Of a stretch of 64,000 bases of DNA, positions 10,943 to 23,100 are shown piece after piece. This DNA comes from an uncultured Methanomicrobiales archaeon (GTDB lineage: Archaea > Halobacteriota > Methanomicrobia > Methanomicrobiales > Methanospirillaceae), in contig OY969100.1 of the NCBI GenBank assembly GCA_963697895.1, positions 1,792,001 to 1,856,000 of the forward strand. Direction: 5' to 3'. Within the stretch, counting starts at the first letter, position 1. Each line of letters starts with the position of its first letter. The notes beneath the pieces are model-generated. The model did not search any database. It worked only from the letters and a program-made list of their open reading frames with translations, and had not been told where the DNA came from. The position numbers and the translations under genes are program-made.

Positions 10943-11993
10943 TAACGTCTCTTTGAAGATTGGATCCTTCTCGCTCAACCGGATATCGCTCGATATCCGG
11001 GACGGTGCCCATGTCTTCCTGATGGGACCATCGGGCGCCGGGAAAACCGTTGTACTGGAGACGATCGCCGGGCTCCACGTTCCCGAACAGGGAGCGGTGC
11101 TCATAGACGGGGTCGATTGCACCACCCTCCCCCCGGAAGAACGGAGAGTTGGGTTTGTCTATCAGGACTATTCGCTCTTTCCCCATTACACGGTAGCCCG
11201 GAATATTGCGTTCGGGATGCAGATGCGAGGAAAATCCCGGGATCACCAGGACCGGATGACCCGCGAACTGATCGACATGCTGGGCATCTCGCATCTCGCC
11301 GACCGGTACCCGCAGACATTGAGCGGCGGGGAGCAGCAACGGGTGGCGCTCGCCCGGGCACTCGCGATCGAGCCCCGGATACTCCTCCTCGATGAACCGT
11401 TTGCGGCGATCGACGCCCTGGCACGGGAAGAATGCATGGAAGGATTGCGGCAGGTGCACCGGAAAACCGACCTCACCATCCTCCAGGTAAGCCATTCCCG
11501 GGAAGAGGCATACACGCTCGGGGACGAGGTGATCCTGCTTGACCAGGGATCTGTCCTCCAGACAGGATCGACTACAGAGGTATTATCTCACCCGGTCAGC
11601 AGGAGAGCGGCAGCGATCGCCGGTTTTGAGAATATCTTCGAGGGAATCGCGGGCGATTCACAGGATGGCATTCTCGATGTTCACCTGAACGGGATCACAT
11701 TCCGGGGGTACGGACACATTCCTCAGGGAAACAGCGTGGTCGTCTGTATCCGTGCAGGTGCGTTCCGGTTTCTCTCTCCGGATGCCCGCGGGGAAAACAT
11801 CGTCCCGGGAGTCGTCAGTTCCCTGATCTATACCGATTACGAATGCAGGGTAACCCTCGAGGGGACTCCTTCGTTCAGGGCCTTTATACCCATACGGATA
11901 GCCAGGTCAGCCGATATCAGGGTTGGAGTGCCCATCCGGATATGTGTTGACCGGAACGAGGTCGTATTCCTCGATGCGGCGGTGCCGGTATGA
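10929..11993 (+). CDS. wtpC: Tungstate/molybdate ABC transporter ATPase with C-terminal TOBE-like region
   Basis: GPSGAGKT, YQDYSLFPH, LSGGEQQRVALARAL. Confidence 0.88.
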   Translation: MIGLDNVSLKIGSFSLNRISLDIRDGAHVFLMGPSGAGKTVVLETIAGLHVPEQGAVLIDGVDCTTLPPEERRVGFVYQDYSLFPHYTVARNIAFGMQMRGKSRDHQDRMTRELIDMLGISHLADRYPQTLSGGEQQRVALARALAIEPRILLLDEPFAAIDALAREECMEGLRQVHRKTDLTILQVSHSREEAYTLGDEVILLDQGSVLQTGSTTEVLSHPVSRRAAAIAGFENIFEGIAGDSQDGILDVHLNGITFRGYGHIPQGNSVVVCIRAGAFRFLSPDARGENIVPGVVSSLIYTDYECRVTLEGTPSFRAFIPIRIARSADIRVGVPIRICVDRNEVVFLDAAVPV

Positions 11994-14900
11994 ACAGGAA
12001 CCGAGTCGTCCGTGGATTACTCACCTGCATTTTCCTGTCGCTCATCCTCGTTATCCCGCCGGGGACCGCGACATCGACGGAAGTACGAATCGTGAAATTC
12101 GCTTCCGACGGGTATACGATCCTCAACGAGACAACGGTTGATTTCCGCTGGATGGAACAGCACCTTCCGGTACAGGGAGACGGAAACACCCATTATTACC
12201 TCCAGGGCCCGGTCTTTGCGGATAACCCGGATGATCGCTGGAACCCCGGGGAAGATACGAATGTAAAAGAGAAGGACATGGGAGCCGTGAAGGGGACGAA
12301 TCTCAAAGACCTCTGCGACCTCGTGGGAGGGATGGCGCTGGACGACGAAATGGTCGTAAAGGCAACAGACGGGTTCAGCCGCACGTTCGCGTATGACAAT
12401 ATCTACTCTCCCCCGTCGCGACAGGGCCCGGTTATTCTCGCATGGTACCGGGCTGACACGGGGTATGTTCCCACATATGCGGAGGGCATGCGACTACTCT
12501 TCCTCGCCGATACTTCGGACAATCCATGGGGGATTCATGCCATAGGGGTCTGGGACTGGCATGAAAGTGCCGCGGAACGGTACTGGTATTACTATTATAA
12601 CGGCAATGAACGGTATCCGACCACGACCGGGCTTTCGGTACAGTCCGTGGGGGAACTCCAGATCTTCAGCCAGGAAGAACCCACCGGGGTCATCCATGTG
12701 ACATCCCGGCCCGATGGCGGCCGGATATATCTCGATGATGAAGATACCGGGGAACTGACCCCCGCGTCCGTCACCGGTGTCACGGTCGGGTCGCATTCCG
12801 TCCGCGTGGAGAAGGACGGGTACGAAGTGCCGGACGAGGCGTGGGTAGACGTCACATACAACCGGGTCTCAGAAGCATTTTTTGATCTGATGCAGATCCC
12901 GGCGGTCTCGTCTGATGGATCCGGGGATTCATCCGCTGAAGAGGAGGACACAAAGGGAAAGGAATCAGGACCATCAGGATCGGAACTGGGCTTTTTCGCG
13001 CAGAATTCCCTGCGGGGAACTATATCTCTTGCAGAAATCCCGGGAATGAACGGATCCTGGAAGGACGGGGTGGAGCGCCCGTTTACCATCCCCGGGCTTC
13101 CCGATCAGGGTCTTGCCTTTGGCCGGTTGTATGTCTTCACCGCGAACTGTTCGGATACCTCATCGGCGTTGAATGAGGATTCCCTGTTTATTCTGAATAT
13201 TTCGGGCAGATCGATCCGGCCGGATCGCGTATACCGCGACCAGGGAGCAGAGGGATCGATCAAAACCTTTGCCTATAACATAACCGGCATTACGGATCGG
13301 GATTCGGGTGCAGCACTCCGCATGGAATCCCCGCCGGGGAGCTTATGCACGGTGGAAGGAGTGGTCATGCTTGGAGCCGTGGAAAATGATACGGCACAGC
13401 GGGTATCGTACCGGGTAAATGAAGGAGCGGATCTCATTGCTTCATCTCCCGGGCAGCCCCTGATCGACGCGGGAACCACGGCCGAGTTCGATATGGATCC
13501 TTTTGGAGTACCGTATACCCAGGCAAATCTCACCTTCATCACCACCGGAATGATCGCTGATCCCGCACCACGGTTCCAGGTCCAGGTAAACGGGGAGACC
13601 ATCTCGGGGACCTTCCCCGCGTCGGCGGACCCGGTGCATATCGCCAGAGTTTCATTCGAACCCCCCCCGCCGGGATCTCCGGTGGTTACATCCATACAGG
13701 CATTGATCAATCAAACGAACGGGTTGTACGGGGAAACCCGGGTTGCGGTCTTTACATTCACCGCGGTGAATGCCTCAAATCTGACACAATCGGCCCCCTA
13801 TGAAAATAAATCCGCCGAATCGGAACAAAATCAACATCCCATAGCAACATCTCCTCCCGTCACCATCGGGGAATCCTTACAGTCACCATCTCCCCCAGCC
13901 CCCGCGAATATACACGAACCGCCGGGCACAGGTCCGATCCACTGGATTACAGATATTTTCGATGCAATTACTACATTTATTCTTACCCTGTTCGGAGAAC
14001 CGGTTCCGGCCATTGCAACCGGAACGTCGGCACCGAACCCGGAACCGGGCAATCAGAGTATAGCAGACACAACTGATGCATCTCAACCGGGAACCGGAGA
14101 TGAACTCCAGGGATATCCGGAGGTTAAGAATAATGAGTCAGCTGTTTCGTTCGACCCTGATGATGAACACTCCGGCGTTGACGAAAAAACGCAGGATAAT
14201 ACCCTGAGCGCCACAACCGGTACCCCGGTTTCCCATCACGGGGGAGTGTATATCACTTCGTATCCCGCAGATGTCGAGCTGCGCATCGATAACAAGGTGA
14301 TCACCCGTCATCTCCCGGCGGTTATCTACGGAATGAGAGAAGGGATCCATTCGATCGAGGTACGGTTGAAATCCGATGATAACCGCATCATCGGCTCACA
14401 GTCCTCACGGGTCTGGATTTACCCGGAAGCCATAACGACCGCTCACTTCGACCTGGTCAGACCCGATATAAAACAGCAGGTTCATGTCAGCACCCGTGAT
14501 GGAACCAATGTTTCATTCGCCCTGAACGGATATTACCCCCTCCAGCGCACGCCTGCAGATATCGAATTCACCGGGACAGACCCCTTCATATCCGTCACCT
14601 ACGATGGTTCCTATCTTTCCTATACACTCTCCGCGAGGGTCATCAATACCGGGGAAATGGTGATTCTTCCCGGAATGCCCGACCTGTACCGGCTCCCGGT
14701 CGAGTCCTCCCCTTCCGGTGCGGAGGTGATCGTGGACGGGATACGCACGGGATACCGGACACCGGCGGTTGTTCCAAACCTCTCTGCCGGACTGCACCGG
14801 ATCATCGTCTCCCTTCCCGGGTACGATCCGGGAGAGGGGGTGGTCTCCATCCCGGTGAATGACGAGCCGATCGTGAAAACGCCTCTCCGCTATACCCTTG

Positions 14901-15142
14901 AAACCTATCCCTGCGGTTCCCTGAGTATTGAAAGTACGCCCCCCCGGGGAACCATCTATCTCGACGGTATCCTGACCGGTGAGAAGACCCCGTATCTCTT
15001 TACCGGAATACCTCTCGGGATCCATGAAATCATGCTCCGTCGCAATGGAGAAGACCGGATGATCGATGTGGTCGTAAAACCAGATGAGATTCAGCGGTAT
15101 GTCGTCGCGTTCAGGGAGAACGGGACAGAGGATTCCGTATGA
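11990..15142 (+). CDS. Secreted multidomain protein: QGP/KGT domain (copy 3) + PEGA repeats + DUF3344-like region
   Basis: N-domain highly similar to 6795 protein; PEGA-like segments (VTSRPDGGRIYLD, ITSYPADVEL, VESSPSGAEVIVDG, IESTPPRGTIYLDG); RLYVF...YNITG...NEGADL segment resembles DUF3344. Confidence 0.75.
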   Translation: MNRNRVVRGLLTCIFLSLILVIPPGTATSTEVRIVKFASDGYTILNETTVDFRWMEQHLPVQGDGNTHYYLQGPVFADNPDDRWNPGEDTNVKEKDMGAVKGTNLKDLCDLVGGMALDDEMVVKATDGFSRTFAYDNIYSPPSRQGPVILAWYRADTGYVPTYAEGMRLLFLADTSDNPWGIHAIGVWDWHESAAERYWYYYYNGNERYPTTTGLSVQSVGELQIFSQEEPTGVIHVTSRPDGGRIYLDDEDTGELTPASVTGVTVGSHSVRVEKDGYEVPDEAWVDVTYNRVSEAFFDLMQIPAVSSDGSGDSSAEEEDTKGKESGPSGSELGFFAQNSLRGTISLAEIPGMNGSWKDGVERPFTIPGLPDQGLAFGRLYVFTANCSDTSSALNEDSLFILNISGRSIRPDRVYRDQGAEGSIKTFAYNITGITDRDSGAALRMESPPGSLCTVEGVVMLGAVENDTAQRVSYRVNEGADLIASSPGQPLIDAGTTAEFDMDPFGVPYTQANLTFITTGMIADPAPRFQVQVNGETISGTFPASADPVHIARVSFEPPPPGSPVVTSIQALINQTNGLYGETRVAVFTFTAVNASNLTQSAPYENKSAESEQNQHPIATSPPVTIGESLQSPSPPAPANIHEPPGTGPIHWITDIFDAITTFILTLFGEPVPAIATGTSAPNPEPGNQSIADTTDASQPGTGDELQGYPEVKNNESAVSFDPDDEHSGVDEKTQDNTLSATTGTPVSHHGGVYITSYPADVELRIDNKVITRHLPAVIYGMREGIHSIEVRLKSDDNRIIGSQSSRVWIYPEAITTAHFDLVRPDIKQQVHVSTRDGTNVSFALNGYYPLQRTPADIEFTGTDPFISVTYDGSYLSYTLSARVINTGEMVILPGMPDLYRLPVESSPSGAEVIVDGIRTGYRTPAVVPNLSAGLHRIIVSLPGYDPGEGVVSIPVNDEPIVKTPLRYTLETYPCGSLSIESTPPRGTIYLDGILTGEKTPYLFTGIPLGIHEIMLRRNGEDRMIDVVVKPDEIQRYVVAFRENGTEDSV

Positions 15143-16446
15143 TTCGGAACACGCTGAAATCCGTGCAACCGGTAACTCTCCTATCGTTGCGCACTCTTCC
15201 TCCTTCAGGGAAGGCGATCTCCCTGATGCTTCTCCTCATGGCATTATCCTGCGTGGCATCTACGGTCTCCGCATACGATCTTCCCTCTGGCGATCAACAC
15301 GATTCCGTTATTCAATGGGGACCGTTTGTCACCGGAACCACCTCCCATTCGGCGATTATTAACTGGCGGACCGGGCTGCCAGTCGTCGGAGCGGTCGATT
15401 ATTGGAAAGGGGATGAAACCGGAGGTGAACTGTTCGAAGGTACCGTATCGGAAGATGATTCATTCACGATGCATCATCTTCTGTTGACCGATCTCGACCC
15501 TGACCAGACCTATACCTATCGTATCGCCGGATCCCCCGGGACCTTTTCATTCCATACCTACCCGCTCAACGGTCCCATCCGGTTTGCGGTGTATGGTGAT
15601 ACGCGGGAGCAGCTGCCGGACTGGAACCAGACGGCCCTTCATGCGCTCGTTGCGGAACGGATCGCCGGGGAACCCGGACTCCTGTTCGTGGTGCATACCG
15701 GGGATATGGTGAATGATCCGGCAGATAGTGGAGAGTGGAACCGTTTCTTTAACGCGGCAGGTCCGATGCTTGGGAACATCACCTTTTACCCGGTCCCGGG
15801 CAACCACGAAGGGGACCTGACAGAGTACCAGGACATCTTCGGGATGCCGGCCTGGTATTCGTTTAAGTGCGGCGATTCCGCATTTCTGGTCCTCGACAGC
15901 AATACCATTTCCCCCGCTATGAAGACCGAACAGGATTACTGGCTCATTGAGAATCTGAGTCGGCCTGCCGCATGGAAATTCGTATTTTTACACCACCCGA
16001 TGTACAGCGCGGAGATCAACCACTGGGGAGGATACGAGAATATCCGGAGATCCTGGGAAGATCTGTTCGTCAGGGAGGGGGTCAGTGCGGTCTTTTCCGC
16101 ACACGTGCATGCGTATGAGCATTTCGAGGAGAAGGGAATTCACTATTTTACCATTGCCACCGGAGGTGCACCATTCTACCCGCTTTCACCCCAAAATCCG
16201 GAAGGTTACCGGAACAGCCTTGAAAACACCCTCGCGTATGCGATTGTCACGGTGAATGGTTCTTCGGGAACAACGACGGTCGAAGTGATCGAAGTCGCCC
16301 GGGTACTGGATAAAGAGATAACCACCTTCCCTCCAGGGACCGTGTTCGATCGGGTCATCATATCACCGTCGGCACATGACAGATCTCTATTAAGGAAGTT
16401 CCCTGATATCTACCCGTTATTCAAGAAGCATCTCTCTCTGGTATGA
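15139..16446 (+). CDS. Secreted metallophosphoesterase, purple acid phosphatase-like (FN3 + calcineurin-like)
   Basis: YGDT, HTGDMV, PGNHE, HHP, AHVHAYE; N-terminal FN3-like LTDLDPDQTYTYRI. Confidence 0.88.
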   Translation: MIRNTLKSVQPVTLLSLRTLPPSGKAISLMLLLMALSCVASTVSAYDLPSGDQHDSVIQWGPFVTGTTSHSAIINWRTGLPVVGAVDYWKGDETGGELFEGTVSEDDSFTMHHLLLTDLDPDQTYTYRIAGSPGTFSFHTYPLNGPIRFAVYGDTREQLPDWNQTALHALVAERIAGEPGLLFVVHTGDMVNDPADSGEWNRFFNAAGPMLGNITFYPVPGNHEGDLTEYQDIFGMPAWYSFKCGDSAFLVLDSNTISPAMKTEQDYWLIENLSRPAAWKFVFLHHPMYSAEINHWGGYENIRRSWEDLFVREGVSAVFSAHVHAYEHFEEKGIHYFTIATGGAPFYPLSPQNPEGYRNSLENTLAYAIVTVNGSSGTTTVEVIEVARVLDKEITTFPPGTVFDRVIISPSAHDRSLLRKFPDIYPLFKKHLSLV

Positions 16447-16606
16447 ATTATTTCGAATTGAAAAGCACCAGAGCCCGCAATCATGAAGAGAGACCTGTTC
16501 ACATTAACCGGGTAAACTTAACTTTTTCCTATAACCATCGGGAATACTAACCTTTGTGCATTGACGGACCTGGCTCCCATCAGGTCTTCGGACAGGTGAT
16601 TCAAGC

Positions 16607-19600
16607 ATGAAAACGATACCGGCAATCATTACTCTCAGTGTTTCCCTATTTTTCATGGCAGCACTCTTCATCGTGCCTGTACTGGCAGCAGCGACCACAT
16701 CGGTCCAGATTATCAAGTATGCAGACGATGGATCGACGATTCTGAATCAGACCGCGGTCGATTTTCAGTGGATGGAGACCCATTTACCGGTCTATGGGGA
16801 CGGGGTCACCCATTACTATCACCAGGGACCGGTCTTTAACGACAGTATCCCTGACAAATGGAACCCGGAAGAGAACGATCCTGCCATCCTGACGAAAGAT
16901 TACGGGGCACTAAAAGGAACCGATTTAAAAGAGCCTGTGTGATCTGGTCGGGGGTATGCAGGCGGATGATTACAATGTCACGCTTAAGGCATCGGATGGA
17001 TTCTCCAAGGCCTTTGCCTATTCGAGTGTCTATAATCCACCTGCCCGGGCAGGGCCGATCGTCCTCACCTGGTACAGGGCCGATCAGGGGTATGTCAATG
17101 GTTCGTATACAACCGGAATACGGAACGTGATGTTTGCAGACACCTCTACAAATCCCTGGGGGGACCATGTCTTCGGACTCTGGGACATGCACGAGTCCTA
17201 TCCCGAAGCGTTCTGGTATTATTACCAGCCGGGGCTCCCGAGTACAACCGGCCTCTCGGTCCAGAATATTGCCTATGTCATCATTTACAGTTCAATTTCG
17301 CCACCGGAGACCCCATCCGCGAACTTCTCCGCCCTTCCTGTATCGGGAACGATCCCGCTTACCGTTCAGTTTACAGACAGACTCCCTGAATGATCCGACG
17401 AGCTGGGCCTGGGACTTCGACGATGACGGTGATGTCGACAGCATCGCCCAAAGCCCGGTATTCACCTATGCCGTGCCCGGGTCCTATTCGGTGAATCTTA
17501 CCGTCATGAATGCCGCCGGGAGCGATTCCGATGTTAAGATAGGGTATATCAATGCATTTGCAGCAACCAACACAACCCCAGCCATATCGTTCGTTCCCGC
17601 ATCCGCGTCCGTGCTCCCGGGAGGTTCAAAGGAGTATGAGATCAGGGTGGACAGCCTCCCGAAAGGTCTTGCGGGTTATGATCTCGTCTGCACCGTCTCA
17701 AACACCAGTGTCGCCGAGATCATCTCGGTCTCCTATCCGTCCTGGGCCGGTCTCCGGAATACCACGAATTACTCTGCCTGGTCCGTCCGGTTAAGCGGAG
17801 TGGATACCGACCGTCAGATTCAGCCGGGGGCAGTAAATGTGATCCTGGCAAACATGACTCTCAAAGGAGACATGGCCGGAGTAACGCCGATCGTCATCAG
17901 CAATGTGCACATGGACGCGGATGGGGGAGATGCGATAAATTCCTCGACGAATAACGGACAACTCATCGTCCAATCACTAACTCCGGCACCACCGGTAGCA
18001 AACTTCACCGGAACACCGAGATCAGGGAATGCTCCGTTGTTGGTCCAGTTCACCGACACTTCAACCGGTTCTCCGACGTCATGGGCCTGGGACTTCAACA
18101 ACGATGGGGTGATCGACAACACGAGCAGGAATCCGATGTATACCTACCTGAGTCCCGGAACGTATTCGGTGAACCTCACGGTCACGAATGCGGGCGGAAG
18201 CGACAGCGAGCTGAAGATGAATTATATTTCGGTGCAGTCACCGCCTCCGGCACCACCGGTTGCGAACTTCACGGGAACACCAAGGTCGGGGAATGCTCCG
18301 TTGTCTGTCCAGTTCATCGATACCTCGACTGGTTCCCCGACGAGCTGGGCCTGGGACTTCAACAACGACGGAGTGATCGACAACACCTCGCGAAATCCGA
18401 TGTATACCTACCTCAGTCCCAGAACGTATTCGGTGAACCTCACGGTCACAAATGCCGGCGGAAGTGACAGCGAACTGAAGACGAATTACGTCTCGGTGCA
18501 TTCACCGCCTCCGGCACCACCGGTTGCGAACTTCACGGGGACACCGAGATCAGGGAATGCTCCGTTGTCTGTCCAGTTCACCGACACTTCAACCGGTTCT
18601 CCGACGTCATGGGCCTGGGACTTCAACAACGATGGGGTGATCGACAACACCTCGCGGAACCCGATCTATACCTACCTAAGTCCGGGAACGTATTCGGTGA
18701 ACCTCACGGTCACGAATGCGGGCGGAAGCGACAACGAGCTGAAGATGAATTACGTCTCGGTGCATTCACCGCCTCCGGCACCACCGGTTGCGAACTTCAC
18801 GGGAACACCAAGGTTGGGGAATGCTCCGTTGTCTGTCCAGTTCATCGATACCTCGACTGGTTCCCCGACGAGCTGGGCCTGGGACTTCAACAATGACGGG
18901 GTAATCGACAACACCTCGCGGAACCCGATCTATACTTATCCGAGTCCGGGAACGTATTCAGTGAACCTTACGGTCACGAATGAAGGGGGAAGCGACAGCG
19001 AGCTGAAGACGAATTACATCACGGTGCAGGCACCGCCACCAGCTCCGCCGGTTGCGAACTTTTCGGGGACACCTCGATCCGGGAATGCCCCGTTGTCTGT
19101 CCAGTTCACTGACACTTCATCCGGTTCACCAACCAGCTGGGCCTGGGACTTCAACAACGACGGAGTGATCGACAACACCTCGCGGAATCCGATGTATACC
19201 TATCCGAATCCGGGAACGTATTCGGTGAACCTTACGGTCACGAATGCGGGCGGAAGCGACAGCGAGCTGAAGACGAATTACATCACGGTTTTGACACCAC
19301 CTCCCGCACCACCGGTCGCGAACTTCACGGGGACACCGAGATCGGGGAATGCTCCGTTGTCGGTGCAGTTCACTGACACTTCATCCGGAAGTCCGACGTC
19401 ATGGGCCTGGGACTTCAACAACGACGGAGTGATCGATAACACCTCGCGGAACCCGAGTTATACCTATCCGAATCCCGGAACGTATTCGGTGAACCTCACC
19501 GTCACAAATGCTGGTGGAAGCGACAGCGAGCTGAAGACGAATTATATCTCGGTGCAGGCAACACCCTCGGGAACAGCATCCGTCAGCGGTTGGGTCTCTA

Positions 19601-19959
19601 CAGGATCGGATATCGGATCTGTGTACGTCCCGGAGATCAGGGTCCGGTTCGCAACGAGCGTTTCCGATCTTTCCAACCCGGATCACTATTGGGAAGCAAC
19701 GACCGACCAGCGGGGAACGTATTCGATATCCGGCCTGCCGTCCGGAGTGACGCTCTATGCAAAGGCCCTGTCTCCTGTCGCTCGTCCGAATGCATATCTG
19801 GAACGGCCAATCCAGTACGAGGTGAATTCCGGCCGCCTGATCACCTGTCAAAACATTTCCAGCACCCCGCAGGTACTGCCGATCGCATTAGATGGCAAAA
19901 TACAGGTCAACTGGGTTCTGACTCAAAACCCCAGTGCCTTTGGTCTGCTCCTCTTATAA
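16607..19959 (+). CDS. Surface protein: QGP/KGT domain (copy 4) + PKD + cohesin-like + 6 tandem PKD; frameshifts near 16933 and 17380
   Basis: Three ORFs (16607..16942, 16956..17393, 17134..19959) are collinear with the 20102 paralog; WAWDF PKD motifs; GLAGYDL cohesin-like domain. Confidence 0.78.
17974..19557 (+). repeat. Six tandem 264-bp (88-aa) PKD-encoding repeats
   Basis: ccggcaccaccggttgcgaacttc recurs at 18247, 18511, 18775 (264-bp period); six PPVANF...WAWDF units in translation. Confidence 0.95.
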
Positions 19960-20101
19960 TTTTTTTCTCCCTTAAAGAGAATTAATATTGTTAAGTTAAC
20001 TAATACAATAATTAAATAGTAATGTTGATATCTGTTTCAAACGACTTCGATAATACCAGTCAAAAATTTTCTATCGAGCATTTCGACTGAGGTGAATTCA
20101 T

Positions 20102-23100
20102 TTGAGACAATTTCCCGTAAAATATACTTTGTATGCCGTGTTCATCCTCGCGGCAGTACTGCTTCTCGCGCCCGTAATGGCGGCGACGACTTCAGTACAT
20201 ATTGTAAAGTATGCGAATGACAATACGACCATCCTGAACGAAACAACGGTTGATTTCGCGTGGATGGAGGCAAATCTGCCGGTGCTTGGTGATGGTGTAA
20301 CACATTATTACCTGCAAGGGCCGGTGATGAATGAAAGCATCACTGATAAGTGGAACCCCGAGGAGAACGATCCCGCCATTCTCACAAAGGATTTCGGGGC
20401 GGTAAAAGGAACCGATCTTAAAGATCTTTGTGACTTGGTCGGTGGTATGCAGCCGGATGACTACAACGTCACGCTTAAAGCGCCGGATGGATTTAAACAG
20501 GCCTTTGCCTATTCAAGCATTTATAATACTCCCGCACGAGCAGGGCCGATCGTACTTACCTGGTACAGAGCAGATCAGGGTTATGTAAACGGTTCATATT
20601 CCGCGGGTATCCGGAACGTGATGTTTGCTGACACATCAACAAATCCCTGGGGGGATCATGTCTTCGGACTCTGGGATATGCATGAGGTCTATCCGGAAGC
20701 GTTCTGGTACTATTACCAGCCTGGCTTCCCGAGTGCAACCGGGCTCTCCGTTCAGAATATCGATCGAGTTCTTATCTATACCAACGACCCGGCGCCCCTC
20801 AACGCAAACTTCACGGCAAACGTAACCACCGGCCAAGTCCCGTTGGCCGTCCAGTTTAACGACACATCTACCGGTGGTCCGACAACATGGGCCTGGGATT
20901 TCTTTAATGACGGGACCATCGACAGCAACGCCCGTAACCCGGCATACACCTTTCCCGTTCCCGGTAATTACACGGTAAATCTGACGGTAACGAACGCAGA
21001 TGGAAGAGACAGTGAGGTGAAAACGAATTTCATTCATGTAACTGCCATCCCGGCATTCAATGTAATATTTAACGGCACCGTTACCCTAACCCCGGGTGAG
21101 ACATTTACTCAACTGGCGTACAATACCGGGACAAACTATACGGTCAACCGGACCACCCCGCTCGGGGCATTGAACGCTGCGGCAACGACCGCCGGATTCA
21201 CATATTCTGTAACTGATAAAAAATGGTCTGCAGATCAGGTCCTTCTTCTTGATAACGTCAGTGCCTATACGAAAGCTACCGGTAAATGGTATGCATATGT
21301 GAATGACGTATACAAAGATGGTGTCGGGAATCATCCAAATGGGTTGAACGTGATCGAGCTCTTCGATAACGATAGGGTTGAATTCTACTTTACAACCACA
21401 AGTGTCTCCGATCCTACTAATCTCACTGCAGTAAAGGAGCTGGCGACAACTGCAGTGAAGACCATTGCGGACATCCCTACCGTTCCTTCAATGGATGTCG
21501 TTTTTAACGGTACCGTGACCCTTACCCCGGGTGAAACGTTTACTCAACTGGCGTACAATACCGGGACAAACTATACGGTTAACCGGACCACCCCGCTCGG
21601 GGCATTGAACGCTGCGGCAACGACCGCCGGATTCACATATTCTGTAACTGATAAAAAATGGTCTGCAGATCAGGTCCTTCTTCTTGATAACGTCAGTGCC
21701 TATACGAAAGCTACCGGTAAATGGTATGCATATGTGAATGACGTATACAAAGATGGTGTCGGGAATCATCCAAATGGGTTGAACGTGATCGAGCTCTCCG
21801 ATAACGATAGGGTTGAATTCTACTTTACAACCACAAGTGTCTCCGATCCTACTAATCTCACTGCAGTAAAGGAGCTGGCGACAGCTGCAGTGAAGACCAT
21901 TGCGGACATCCCTACCGTTCCTTCAATGGATGTCGTATTTAACGGTACCGTGACCCTCACCCCGGGTGAAACATTCACCCAGCTGGCGTACAACTCCGGG
22001 ACAAACTATACGATCAACCGGACCACGCCGCTCGGTGCATTGAACGCTGCGGCAACGATAGCCGGATTCACGTACGATGTAACGGATAAGCGATGGTCTT
22101 CCGATCAGGTGCTCCTGCTCGATAACGTGTCTGTCTACAACAAATCCGCAGGCAAGTGGTATGCGTACGTGAACGGTGTATTCAAGGACGGGTACCAGAA
22201 CCATCCTGATGGCCTGAACGTTTTCGCGCTTGCGAACAATGATCAGGTAAATTACTTCTTCTCGATCAACGGTACCAATCTCACCGCCCCGACCGATGCT
22301 ATCGCAGCGGTGAAGATCAAAGTAAATATCGCAGGTTCAACTCCATCCGACTGGTCCCTCTCCCTCAGGGGTGCACGGACAGACACCATAACCAAGTCAT
22401 TCTTTGAACAGGCACTTGCGTGCCCAAGTTCAGGCCACCAGGTGAACTGGACCGATACCGACGGAAGTGTGTGGAGTGGTGTACCCCTCTGGCTTCTCGT
22501 GGGCGTGATCGACGACAACCCCGATGTCGGGCCCGATCACTTTAATTTCAATGATTCACTCGCCGCACAGGGATATTCGGTAAAGATAACCGCCGGCGAT
22601 GGCTTCAACACCACACTCGCGAGCGCCGACATCGCCCGCAATAACGGGTATATCGTTGCAAATAAACTGAACGGGAGCGATCTCCCGCTTCTTACTCCGG
22701 GAGGAAAGCGGTGCTGGCCGCTCTACCTGAAAGGTTCGGCGGTATTCGGCGGGCAGCAGGTCGGAAACATCACCTCAATCGAGCTCACGGGAATGCCACA
22801 GCCATCAGCTGGCTGGACACTAACGATGGAGGGTGACGTTACTGATGTGATCACCCAGGAATACTTCGAACAGGCGATCGCCTGCCACCACAACGTGACC
22901 TATACCGATGCAGGGGGGAGCGTCTGGACTGGTGTTGCCCTCTGGGACCTGGTCGGTTCCGTGGATGACATCGAGACGACCAGCCACTGGACATTTAATG
23001 ATACCCGGGCAAATGTAACCGGGTATACCGTCAGGGTTATCGCCGGCGATGGATTCAATAAAACATTTGACAGCCTCAACGTGAGCCATAATAACGGTTT

